Assembly (NCBI RefSeq): GCF_001194135.2
Contig: NC_068984.1
Location: 91,603,423-91,667,422 of the forward strand
Origin: Octopus bimaculoides
Taxonomy: Eukaryota
DNA length: 64,000 nucleotides
Reading direction: 5' to 3'
The notes below the pieces were generated by a model that searched no databases, was not told the origin of the DNA, and saw only the letters and a program-made list of their open reading frames with translations. Each line of letters begins with the position of its first letter. Position 1 is the stretch's first letter. This document shows, one piece after another, positions 1-11,815 of the stretch. The position numbers and the translations under genes were made by a program.

Positions 1-216
1 GAATCCCTAATTAATTAATGAGCTGCTATTCTGATACAAAAATAACAAGAATACTAATGCCATGACAATATTATATGCTTCTGAATGAAATACTTATATT
101 TCATTACAAAAACTTAGAGTGCAGCACTATAATAAAATCTATAGCAATTGTAATACAGAAATAAAGATGAAACATGTAATTGGTTTATCCTTGCATGTTT
201 TTGGATTTAGATACAT

Positions 217-295
217 CATCATCGTTTAACGTCCGCTTTCCATGCTAGCATGGGTTGGACGATTTGACTGAGGACTGGTGAAACCGGATGGCAAC
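217..295 (-). mobile_element. 79-bp 5'-truncated RTE-tail retroposon with 6-bp TSD
   Basis: Near-identical to 5229-5312 and to RTE 3' ends; flanked by ATACAT at 211-216 and 296-301. Confidence 0.8.
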
Positions 296-394
296 ATACA
301 TGATACAATAAAAATTATTTTGTTTCCATGAATCATTTTGTAAAATAAAACTGTACATTACATAATCTAAATCACAAAAGCAAAAAAGAATTAC

Positions 395-533
395 CTTACG
401 CTCACCCCACACAGCTTTCACACTTGGCTTTCCTCGCCGTATGTCTGATTGGTCTATAACATCATCATGCATGAGGCTGGCTATATGAATCATTTCCGAG
501 ATCATGGCTATCACATATTGTGAATGAAGGATA
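395..533 (-). CDS. PDSS1: PDSS1 coding exon 4 (first aspartate-rich motif)
   Basis: tctttag acceptor (535-534) and gtaatt donor (394-393). 139 nt, phase 2 to 0: (T)ILHSQYVIAMISEMIHIASLMHDDVIDQSDIRRGKPSVKAVWGERK, the EMIH..SL.HDDVID...RRGK motif of trans-prenyltransferases. The gene continues beyond the left edge. Confidence 0.95.
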
Positions 534-628
534 CTAAAGAATAAAAGAGATCACAAAAGCATAAAAAAATAAATAGTGGCTCTACACATTATGTTTACAT
601 ATATGGCACCAAAGATATAATTGTTCTA

Positions 629-1531
629 CGAGGTCTGATCAATAAGTATCCGGATTGTTGCCATAGTAACGAAGCTAAAGCATGCAGAGTAAAGCCGCTT
701 GGCAAAGATTGACCTTGAACTCTGCTGTGCATGTGCACTAAGTTTTAACTTTCTAGCTCACTTCTGCTGTTTACAACAGTGCTTGGAAGGAAGGTGTGTA
801 GCATGTGATCGTCGCATTGACCATGAAAGAGAAAGTTGTCATGGCAATACCTGCTCAGAGGCCTATGCAAGGTTGTAGAAAGTATATGGAGAGGAGTATA
901 TGAGCTGTACACAAGTATATGAGTGGTTCAGACGTTTTCAAGATGGCCAAAAAAATGTTGATATTGATGATCGTTCTGGGAGACCTGCAACCAGTAGAAC
1001 CGAGAAAAACATTGCAGATGTGTGTGCAGGTGTGATGGGAAATCAGGAAATCACCAAATCAACGTCTGTGAATTATCAGAGGATGTACAGATTAGTTACA
1101 TTTCAGTTCAGTCCATTATCACTGAAGATTTGGGTATGAGACGCGTGTCTGCCAAGTTTGTACCAAAACTGCTTTTAGCTGACCAAAAAGACACTCAAGT
1201 TTCAGTTGCACAAGATACCCTTGATTGTGCCGAGAATGATGAAAACGTTTTGAAAACTTTGCATAGGCCTCTGAGCAGGTATTGCCAAGCTTTTGGTAAA
1301 AGTTGATGCAGATTTTCTACTCAACTTTCTCTGTCATGGTCAATGCGATGATCACACGTTACACACCTTCCTTCCAAGCACTGCTGTAAACAGCAGAAGT
1401 GAGCCAGAACATTAAAACTTAGTGCACATGCACAGCAGAGTTCAGGGTCAATCTGTGCCAAGCGGCTTCACTCTGCATGCTTTAGCTTTGTTACTATGGC
1501 AACAGTCCAAATACTTACTGATCAGACTACG
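629..1531 (+). mobile_element. Non-autonomous mariner derivative with ~245-275 bp inverted arms
   Basis: TA at 627-628 and 1532-1533; arms 629-870 and 1259-1531; internal transposase remnant (SCTQVYEWFRRFQDG..DDRSGRP; LGMRRVSAKFVPKLL). Confidence 0.93.
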
Positions 1532-3189
1532 TATATTTTCTAACATGTTGATAAAATCACTACTAATAGAAAAGCTGGATGATATACTTCTTGTAAACAA
1601 TTTAACAGCATAGTTCACACTTGAATATTTGATACTTCTGTTAGATTTTAGAACTAATATATGTCTCTTGGTTTGTGTTAATGATTTTCTGTATTTTAAC
1701 TATAAAAAAAAATGCTTTAACAAAACTTTCAAGCCAAAAGAAACGTATAAAGAATGATATTTTGCAAACAAAAAACTTGCAGTTGGGAAAATACTTTCAG
1801 TAGCAAACAAAGAAATAGAATTCAAATGCAACAGAAAAACTTTGAATCTGTGAAAACCAAGACTACAACCTATCAAATGTCTAGCAAAATTCTAGAATGT
1901 GCACAGGTACATACACAGGAAAAAATTACATGAGGTGAGGAGATGCACTCAGCTAAGATATAACCCATTTTCAATATTATTTTTTAATTTTTTATAATGC
2001 AAAATGTAGTTTCAGTTCATAAGTTATAGAACAATAATTGTCAGTTATTCATTGGTATAAATATTCTCTCATTCATCTGTCTTCCCATTTCTTTAAAGTC
2101 CATCAGAATAAACTATACTGTGACATGGAGATAACTTCATTCTCAGACAGCTCTTTGTATCCTACCTTTGCCTACCTACATAACTGAAGCAATCTTAGAC
2201 TGGTAATATTAACTCTTTGATAGCTAACCACTTCTCTACATCATACAGAATGCATGGCATCTTAATTGTAGTGAAGGCATCTATCTAACAAATTTCAGTT
2301 CTCCAAAGAAACTCATTGAGTAGTATCTCTGAATAAAGGGTGATCAGTGGAGAGCAGACAACCACTCTAATGCCAGGAGTATGATAAAATGTATCCAGTC
2401 AGTACTATAAAGTGGTTGGTGATATGAAGGATACCAAACTATAAATACATGACATCCAAAGCAACAAAGTTGGCTAAATTTTTCTGTGTGCCAGATGATG
2501 AGATAGGCTGATGAATGGCAAGACAAGAGAATGGAAATGATGATGATGAAGATGACTGATGATTACAATGGTTATAATGATGTTGCAGACTACACAGTAG
2601 GTTGCCTAACAATGTGGCAGGTTGTACCAGGTTACATATTACCAGTGGCACTAAGAGTGACCTGACAATAGTTTGCCTGCAATCACTGAGCTGTGTATGC
2701 AACTACTTATTTTCTTGCTCAGGAGCCCAGGTGAAGAGTAAAGTTAAACACAAGGGCCCAAGTCTGAGAGGGTTAATGCAAATATATTTGTATAATTTTT
2801 TGCATACTGAAGTTAATACTACATGGAAAAGGTTACAAAACAACTTTAATCATAAGGAAGTCATATAGCTAAATAAATCTACCTTCACCTCTCACAACTG
2901 CTTTACTTTATGCAATATATATCTCTCACTGAATAATTGATCATTTGGATTTTTCTGGATTTTCAGTTACACAGACTTCTGGAATGCACACACACACAAA
3001 TACATCATCATTATCACCCTTTTAATGTGTACTTATCCATACTCACATAGGTTGGATGGAAATTGTAGAGATGGATTTTCTACAGCCAGATGCCCTTTCT
3101 ATTGCCAACCCTCACCTGTTTCTAAGTAACATCACTAGCATGATGGTGATACTTGTTTTACAATGTGATGACAAGGCAAGTAGACATAA

Positions 3190-3366
3190 CACACACACAC
3201 ACATATACAATAGGCTTCTTTCATACTCTTATCTACCAAATCCACCCAGAAAGCTTTAGTCAATCTGGGGCTACAGCAGAAGACACTTGCCCAAGGTTCC
3301 ACACAGTGGGACTGAACCCAGAACCATGTAGTTGGGAAGCAAACTTCTTACCACACAACCATACCA
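3190..3366 (-). mobile_element. tRNA-derived SINE, 5' half
   Basis: Reverse complement of the GGCTGTGTGGTAAG...GGTTCAGTCCCACTG...GGCAAGTGTCTTCT head seen many times in the window. Confidence 0.85.
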
Positions 3367-3960
3367 TATAGAAATGTGTGTGAATGTGTGTATATATAAT
3401 GGGCAAGAATACATAAAAAAAAACAACAGACACAGAGAATTAGTGTTCAAACCAGACAAGATATGTAAAATCTAATGCTGATTGAAGGGACAGAATCCAG
3501 GGAAAGAGTTGGCTACAGGCAATGTACCAGTTGAGCTTATGAAAGTACAATAAAATAAAATATAGGCAGGCAGTTGTTAATGGCTTCAAAGCATAAAATA
3601 GTTATACAGGAGTATGGAAAATATATATATATAATTAAGCAGAAATGCAAAAAAATCAAGAAAGCAAGAGTTCATAGAATTCTTCATAGATAGGTATATA
3701 TCTTCAAAGTTCATACTCAAACCTCACAAATAGGACAGTGGATAATATAGTAACCCTTTACAATTGTGTTCAGTAAGTGCTGTATTGTGCATCATGTGTA
3801 TATGTACATGATGTAGATTGGTGTTAGCAAATGTATATGAAATAACACAATAAATGAATTTTGTCTATCCCATGCAAAAGTAGACATTAAAAAAAAATGA
3901 AGAGAAAAATAAAATTTCATGGAAATTTTTGCAATAAATATTTAAATATAATTAACTCAC

Positions 3961-4094
3961 GTTGAATCACCAATATGGTGAAAATTACATGATTTTGCCA
4001 TGAGCATGACTGTCATGGGTCGCAGAGATTTGCCCCTGCCATCCAAATGGTAGTGTGCAATTTCCTGAAGGTCTGGATGGATTGTATAAATTAA
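3961..4094 (-). CDS. PDSS1: PDSS1 coding exon 3
   Basis: ttttatgttgcag acceptor, gtgagt donor. 134 nt, phase 0 to 2: LIYTIHPDLQEIAHYHLDGRGKSLRPMTVMLMAKSCNFHHIGDS, matching the DGKGKAFRP motif; phase fits the next exon. Confidence 0.93.
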
Positions 4095-5091
4095 CTGCAA
4101 CATAAAAGAAACAACTTAATTAAACTTCAATAAGAGCATTTTTTCATATGATCTTTACTGGAGCCAGATCCATAAATCAGGCATTGAAGCTTGAATTGTT
4201 ACACATTAAACTGAGATTTGAAGCAACTTATTTGGTAGAAAAACAGAAAAAAACATAAGTGATATATGAACAGGGAGACAAAGTAGAGCATCACATTTCT
4301 AAAATAAATGCTTATGTGCTGGTGTCACATAAATTGCACAAGTGCCAATGCTACGTAGATGCAACCATGCCAATGGCATGTGAAAAACACCTGGCACACT
4401 GAGTAAAGTGACTGGCATCAGGAAGGGCATCCAGCCGTAAGAACCATGCCAAAACAGATAACTGGAGCCTGACAGCATGGAAAATGGACATTAAATGACA
4501 ATGATGATGATGATGAGTGTACAGGAAATAATTATAGTGTACTGGACAATATAACTATTTTCTGTACACTAAGTATTTTAGGTGCAATAAGAAATATAAT
4601 AATATGAGCAACCATCAAGCAAAGACTTTCATGACATAAGTACAGGAAATGGAGTAGTGATCAATCTTTTCATGTCTTCTAGGTAGTGAGAGCTAGTTTA
4701 GGTTGGTTTGAATTGTAGCAGATTTGTGATAAGAAAAATGTATATGAATGTAGTTTTGGTAACGAAAAATGTTTAGTGAGAGTTGAACACAGGGATTGGA
4801 ACAAAAAGTATGCAATATGTTATCATTAGTTGTACATAGGCCTCAAAAGCAGGAAATCTACAATGACATATTAATATAATGTGCAGAAGTGCTATACAAA
4901 GCTTGTAGAAGAAGTTAGTCATAATTGAGTAGAGATCACTGAATGTAGGATGATACCTTTGCCTGTAAGGAAAAGATACACTCTGACTGAAAACGATCTC
5001 AGAGCCAGTGGTTAGATACTTGTAATAAATACTAATCAAAGAGTTTGAAGCAGTTAGGATTACAGACAAGATAATGCAGAATCAAGATACA

Positions 5092-5422
5092 TAGCTGTAT
5101 GGTAAGAAGCATGCTTCCAAGCCACATGATTCTGGGTTCAGTCCTACTGCATGGAACCTTGGGTAAGTGTCTTTTACTTGTGCGTGGATTTCATAGACAT
5201 AAACTGAAAGAAGGCCATTGTATGTATCATCATCATCATCATAGTTTAACGTCCGCTTTCCATGCTAGCATGGGTTGGACGATTTGACTGAGGACTGGTG
5301 AAACCGGATGGCAACACCAGGCTCCAATCTAATTTGGCAGAGTTTCTACAGCTGGATGCCCTTCCTAACGCCAACCACTCAGAGAGTGCAGTGGGTGCTT
5401 TTACGTGTCACCCGCACGAAAA
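5092..5422. mobile_element. SINE head (+) joined to an RTE-tail element (-), cut by an assembly gap
   Basis: SINE head 5092-5225; (CAT)n plus RTE-type 3' end 5226-5422. Confidence 0.8.
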
Positions 5423-6418
5423 NNNNNNNNNNNNNNNNNNNNNNNNNNNNNNNNNNNNNNNNNNNNNNNNNNNNNNNNNNNNNNNNNNNNNNNNNNNNNN
5501 NNNNNNNNNNNNNNNNNNNNNNNNNNNNNNNNNNNNNNNNNNNNNNNNNNNNNNNNNNNNNNNNNNNNNNNNNNNNNNNNNNNNNNNNNNNNNNNNNNNN
5601 NNNNNNNNNNNNNNNNNNNNNNNNNNNNNNNNNNNNNNNNNNNNNNNNNNNNNNNNNNNNNNNNNNNNNNNNNNNNNNNNNNNNNNNNNNNNNNNNNNNN
5701 NNNNNNNNNNNNNNNNNNNNNNNNNNNNNNNNNNNNNNNNNNNNNNNNNNNNNNNNNNNNNNNNNNNNNNNNNNNNNNNNNNNNNNNNNNNNNNNNNNNN
5801 NNNNNNNNNNNNNNNNNNNNNNNNNNNNNNNNNNNNNNNNNNNNNNNNNNNNNNNNNNNNNNNNNNNNNNNNNNNNNNNNNNNNNNNNNNNNNNNNNNNN
5901 NNNNNNNNNNNNNNNNNNNNNNNNNNNNNNNNNNNNNNNNNNNNNNNNNNNNNNNNNNNNNNNNNNNNNNNNNNNNNNNNNNNNNNNNNNNNNNNNNNNN
6001 NNNNNNNNNNNNNNNNNNNNNNNNNNNNNNNNNNNNNNNNNNNNNNNNNNNNNNNNNNNNNNNNNNNNNNNNNNNNNNNNNNNNNNNNNNNNNNNNNNNN
6101 NNNNNNNNNNNNNNNNNNNNNNNNNNNNNNNNNNNNNNNNNNNNNNNNNNNNNNNNNNNNNNNNNNNNNNNNNNNNNNNNNNNNNNNNNNNNNNNNNNNN
6201 NNNNNNNNNNNNNNNNNNNNNNNNNNNNNNNNNNNNNNNNNNNNNNNNNNNNNNNNNNNNNNNNNNNNNNNNNNNNNNNNNNNNNNNNNNNNNNNNNNNN
6301 NNNNNNNNNNNNNNNNNNNNNNNNNNNNNNNNNNNNNNNNNNNNNNNNNNNNNNNNNNNNNNNNNNNNNNNNNNNNNNNNNNNNNNNNNNNNNNNNNNNN
6401 NNNNNNNNNNNNNNNNNN
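5423..6418. other. Assembly gap; other gaps at 24717-25342, 28887-28896, 31452-31592, 35426-35532
   Basis: Runs of N. Confidence 1.
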
Positions 6419-6466
6419 GCTGTAGTTTAATGACTGAATTAAAATAAAACAAAAGAAAGGTAGAGG

Positions 6467-8303
6467 TGTAGCGAAGCTTCTCTCTCAGTTATATACATGT
6501 GAATGCGGACGTAGCGGGTAACATCTAGCTTTCGGCTGCATCTTTGGCCTGTTGTGTCCACCACTCCGATTGGTTGGTATTGGCGCACTTTTGTCTAGTT
6601 CTATTTCGCATCAGGGTGCATACCAACCAATTGCAGCCTTCTGATAAGGTCACATGGAACAGGTTTTCTGAACCCCTGCTTGAGCAGATTTTTCCTCTTA
6701 AATAGCTTGCCTGTCTGCACTAAAGTTTGTCGCGACTTTAGACCTTCTGAGGTCTAGTCGCTGACCACAGAGCACCAGCCAGTTCCAGCGACAACATACC
6801 ACCGTTCAACACCTTGCTGCAAACTCCATCTTCGTTGCCACTTCCAGCTTCTTAGCGTCTACACCGTCGTCTCAACATACACACCACCAACAGCGCCTGC
6901 ACAGTTTCTCTCAACACTGTTTGTGTGAATTGCTTCACCATGAATAACAGCCAGAATTCAACCTGTGAGACTCCTGTACCAAGTAACCGGCCACAGCATT
7001 GAAACCTCAACTTCTTATGTGACATGTCTTACTACGGCTCTGCCTACTCGACGCCATAACCTCTTGGTACAGCATTTCAACCTACTGTGTACCTTAGCTA
7101 CGAACTGGTAATTCACATCCTTGTGTCTGAACTTTTAACGTCCTTATTTATTGACTTTTCTATGCTCTGTATCTCTTGCATCCACATACACATATTTGTA
7201 TACACTCTTTTGTATACATGACGGCCTGTCTTATATTGTGTTTTATTATGTCGCATTCACTCTCACACAGACATACTAGTTGACAACCAATAAACCTTAC
7301 TTCTATACATGTTACCAGATGAGTCTCTCTTTCTTTCCTTGTTAGCACTTACCTCATTCCATCTTTTGTACAAACTAGTTTGTAGACGACTGTGCGACCA
7401 AGGAGATGGTGACGAAGGAACGGCTCCTTTTAGCGCGTCGCACGGTCGGCAGAAATATAAGAAAAAACAAAAGATGGAATGAGGTAAGTGCCAACAAGGA
7501 AGGAGAGAGAGACTCAACCGGTAACATGTATAGAAGTAAGGTTTATTGGTTGTCAACTAGCATGTCTGTGTGAGAGTGAATGAGACATAATAAAACACAA
7601 TATAAGACAGGCCGTTGTGTATACAAAAGAGTGTCTATACAAATATGTATATGTGAATGCAAGAGATATAGAGCATAGAAAGTCTATAATAAGGACGTTA
7701 AAAGTCCAGACACAAGGATGTGAATTACCAGTTTGTAACTAAGGTACACAGTAGGTTGAAGTGCTGTACAAGAAGTCGTGTCCGAATAGCAAAGCCTGGA
7801 GAAATGGTACATGTTACCCGAGAAGTTGAGGCTACGATGCTGCAACCGATTACTTGGTACAGAGGGTCTTGCTGTTATTCGTGGTGAAGCAATTCACACA
7901 AACAGTGTTGAGAGAAACAGTGCGGGAGCTGTTGGTGGTGTGTACATTGAGTAGATGCTGGCGACGAAGAAGCTGATGGTGGCATCGAAGATGGAGTTTG
8001 CAGCAAGGTGTTGAATCTCCATGAAGCTGTGTCGAGTTGTCGCTGGAACTGATGAAGCAAGCTATTTAAGAGGAAAAATCGGCTCAAGCAGGGGTTCAGA
8101 AAACCGTTCCATGTGACCTTAGCAGAAGGCTATGATTGGTTGGTATGCACCCTGGTGTGAAATAGAACTAGAGACTAAAGTGCACCAATACCAACCAATC
8201 AGAGTGGTGGGCACAACAGGGTCCAAAGATGCAGCCAAAAGCTAGATGTTATCTGCTACGTCTGCATTCACATATATATAACCAAGAGAGAAGCTTCGCT
8301 ACA
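6467..8303. mobile_element. Foldback element built from two tail-to-tail LTR-like units, 4-bp TSD GAGG
   Basis: Ends TGTAGCGAAGCTTCTCTC ... GAGAGAAGCTTCGCTACA; GAGG at 6463-6466 and 8304-8307; ~900-bp inverted arms; centre TACA-AACTAGTT-TGTA. Confidence 0.88.
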
Positions 8304-8374
8304 GAGGGAAGATTATATTAAGACAGAAAAAATAAAACATTACTTAAATGATGATGATATAAAAATATCTTTAC

Positions 8375-8566
8375 CTTTTTTATATCATTATTAAGCATTA
8401 AAAATTCATCTTCAACTAATTTATAAGAATTTTCAAACTGTTTCATATGTACATCCTGATTACTGTGATGAGTTGATGCATGCTGCTGGTAAGAATATAG
8501 TTTTGATGGTATTTCTGAGATCAGGGGCGAGACAGTGTTAGCTGGACGATTTCTGATTTGAAAAAT
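8375..8566 (-). CDS. PDSS1: PDSS1 coding exon 2
   Basis: ttatctctttgcag acceptor, gtaaag donor. 192 nt, phase 0 to 0: IFQIRNRP...KQFENSYKLVEDEFLMLNNDIKK, equivalent to human DPFKLGWRDLKGLYEDIRK at the same junction. Confidence 0.85.
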
Positions 8567-10350
8567 CTGCAAAGAGATAACTTTTCAATGAAATATTTAC
8601 CAGCCAGAAATCCTTTGCAAGAACAAAGACAAAAAAAAAAACATTTGAAAGAAAATGAAAGACTGGTATAAACCCAATTTTTGGGGTAGTGTTTCTATGA
8701 ATGTTTTTTTCTCATCTATTTGATTTAATTTACCATTTTTGTAGGTTATAAGGAAAAGCAAGATATAATATCAAGGACCTTGACTAATGATAAGCATTGA
8801 TCTTGCAGATTTCTGAAAATTCACAGATTAATACTAGTCTATCCCATAAGTTCATATTGAAAATCATAGAGGTAAAAATTTGGTGTATGCAATTGGGTAG
8901 TATTTAAATTAAAATAAGCCATCCATGTATCAGTCATAATGCATATATACACCAATGACAGGCAAATTACTGAGGCTTCTGTTTCTTATAGAGGGAGATG
9001 AAAAATCAAGTGAGACTGCTAGCAGCATTTTGGCCTTTCTGGGTCTTGTCAATGACATGTACTTACAGCCAGCCATATGCCTGGATGAGATTTGTCACCT
9101 CCAACATAGGATACAAATCTTGTCTAGGTGTGTGGCTGGCAGCAAGCACACATGATTAACAAGGCTCCAAGAGGCCAAAATACACCTATCATTCATGCTA
9201 GCTGCTGCTGGGACGATTTTTCGACGCCTTCCAATCCATATAGTGTGTTTTTAATTACAGCACATCTACAAAAACAGACAAAAACTGCAGTAATTTGCCC
9301 GTCACTGGTGTATTTACATTAAGCATGATACTGGGATGGGCTATTTCGTTGAGGTAAGTTTAAGTTTTTCTAGGCACCTAGTACATTGCTCCTATTACAG
9401 TTAATTAGTAGATCCAGTGATTTTTGGAATTTTAATTTGGAAGTAACTCACAATCAAAGCAATAGAATTGTTATGTTTCTTGGACTTCTAAAGTGTAGAC
9501 CCAGATTCGGTGTGGTTCTTTATGGGTTTAAATGCAAGTGATGGCAATAGATCATGCTTTACTTTTCTTTTGCAAAAACTAAATGATTTTATCAGCTGCA
9601 GCAAGTTCCGATTCGGTAAATGGGTGAATACCAATGTTGTATGTTTCAATCCTTAATGTAGGTATTCTCAGTTGTTCTAAAGTTCTGCTCTTTTTAATAC
9701 TGTTTCTCTGTTAGCCTCTTCCATTAGATTGACTTTTAAGATATTCACACGCAACTCACACTAACATAAGTCTGATATAGATCTAGTTCAAACTTATTTT
9801 TGAGAGAGAGAAAGTTATTCTTTTTTAAAGTGTTTACAGCATAATTCATATCCATAAAATTAATCTTTTTCGAAACTAGAGATATCTATGTGTTCACAAC
9901 TGATCATTGTAGGGAATGCGAGATGAAGTTCCCACTAAATAAAACGTTAGCGAAAGACTTACCATTTAAAAAGTAACGTACTTTAATTGTCTCTTATTCT
10001 ATTTTTTTATTATCAGTTTAATATAATGTAATTATAACAGAAGGTATGAATATTTACATCGTTCGGCGTTAATTAGCCGTTCACGTAATATATGGCAATA
10101 TCATATTTCTGAAGGGCAAGTGTGTTTATTATATAACAAATAACAGCTCGGTACACCTTACCTAACGCTTAGCTAGGTTAATATACTTCAGATTAAAATA
10201 TATTCTAAAATTGAAATAAAAAAAATATTTATTTCATTTTCGATCAACTTCAGACAGCAATTTAGCAACTTAAAAACAAGGAGAAATATGTATAAGACAC
10301 AAGGTTAAACTTGCCGGGTTTTTAACTCCAATACAAATAGAAATACTTAC

Positions 10351-10500
10351 TTTGCGTTTCAAAAGACATGGAGTACAATTATGAACAGGATAATATTTTT
10401 GATTAAATGTAGTATATATCCTTCGTATCATCCAGTCCACAGACACTCGTGATATTGAGAAAATTCTAACACTACAACAGCAGCTCCTTACAAAAGTCAT
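10351..10500 (-). CDS. PDSS1: PDSS1 probable first coding exon (mitochondrial targeting peptide)
   Basis: ATG at 10500 to AAA|gtaagt donor; 50 codons, R/S-rich and nearly free of acidic residues; phase 0 fits exon 2 and gives an N-terminal length similar to human PDSS1. A second in-frame ATG at 10431 is an alternative start. Confidence 0.7.
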
Positions 10501-11399
10501 ACCTCAGATAATCAGGTTCACCATCCCAATTAAGGACATTAATACAAAGACAGTAAGTTTTACTTTGGCATTTTATTTTAAAAACTGCATTTTAATTGTC
10601 AATAAAAATGTTTAATTAATTGTAGTAGACAACTCATAATTATGAGATCTGTTATTTAATATACTGTAATAGTACGCAACTATCTAACACTTTTGAGAGG
10701 CATTATTTAAATTACCTAAACACGCCCTTTCATTTGTGCAAATAGGCTTATTGCCATTCAGTGAGTTTTGCTGTGTATCTAATGATCAGGCTAGTTAAAC
10801 GATTGAGACTTAGGGAATTTGTTTTTGTTTTCACCTAAATTTATATTCAGTAAAATCTAAACGAGAACGAACATAAACAGAACATTACTCTTCCTACTCA
10901 TATGATAGTTAACGAAAAATACAACAAAAAATTTGTGTGAACGGCAACAACTTTGCGCTTAATCATTTTTCAGTATTCTGTTAATCCTTTTGTTTTATTA
11001 ACTTTGTATTTAGTCCAAACTTGCTCCATTTTAAGTTTTGTAATTGAAATTAAAATCTTAGAGCATAAATGCATTATTATATGGAGGATAACATTATATT
11101 ATTTCAAAGAGTATTTACTGTTTGTCCACTAACTTCTTGATTACTTCCCTTCGTACACTTTCCCCATTAGGTAACTAGTTAGTCGTTTAATAATCACTCA
11201 TTTGATTTCCAATTTGAGTAAATTGTTTATATATATATTTACGTCCAATTTTTCTTTGTATCCTTCATCCGTACGATAGTACTCAATACGAAATAAATTT
11301 CGGGCATAACTTCAGAAGTGTGTACCCTATTGATTCTGTTTCCGCATAACTTTCTGGAAATGTATATTTTGATGAAATTCTCTGCAAATATATTTCAGA

Positions 11400-11815
11400 T
11401 GGCGTAGATTACAGTCATGTCGGAATTTATCGTGAAAAACCTTTTCATTACCTGGAAGCTATCAGAAGAACAGTCAGTTTCAGACTCTCTTTTAGAACCT
11501 GTATAGTTGCAACTGCTCGGTGATCAAAGTAAATGGCCACCTGTTGGAACTGTTCCTCATTGCACACTTAATTCATCAACAGTGTTCCATCTCGCCTTTC
11601 CTGTATGTGTTGCCTCTCGAGCCATTGGTGAAGAAATTGCAACAGTTGAGAGGGTCATGTCAGTTTATGTGAATGACAGCACCGTCATGATGTCGAATGC
11701 CACTAAAATAGAGGCGGTCGGCCCCAATCTAAAGAAATATGAGATGCTACCAGAGGTTAAAATCAATCTGGACAAACCAATAAGTAGCTGCTTGACATTT
11801 GGAAAAGAAAGTTCA
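11400..11815 (+). mobile_element. Degraded L1/Tx1-clade reverse transcriptase fragment
   Basis: Across frameshifts it reads KVNGHLLELF..HQQCSISPFLYVLPLEPLVKKLQQLRG (RQGCPLSPLLYVLALEPL motif), then SVYVNDSTV (YADD) and KKYEMLPEVKINLDK (Y....GAKIN..K). Confidence 0.8.

Noticed and set aside
5298-6452. Long ORFs in the track here and at 24680-25363, 31348-31618 and 35344-35573
   Set aside because: Artefacts of N runs.
9261-9353. + strand 93-nt candidate exon (TSTKTDKNCSNLPVTGVFTLSMILGWAISL) with a gtaagt donor
   Set aside because: Antisense inside PDSS1 intron 1, with no supportable upstream or downstream exon.
10413-10552. Antisense frame (DTRDIEKILTLQQQLL...DINTKT) ending at a gtaagt donor
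   Set aside because: It mostly mirrors the PDSS1 coding exon, has a weak acceptor, no recognisable homology and no convincing partner exons.
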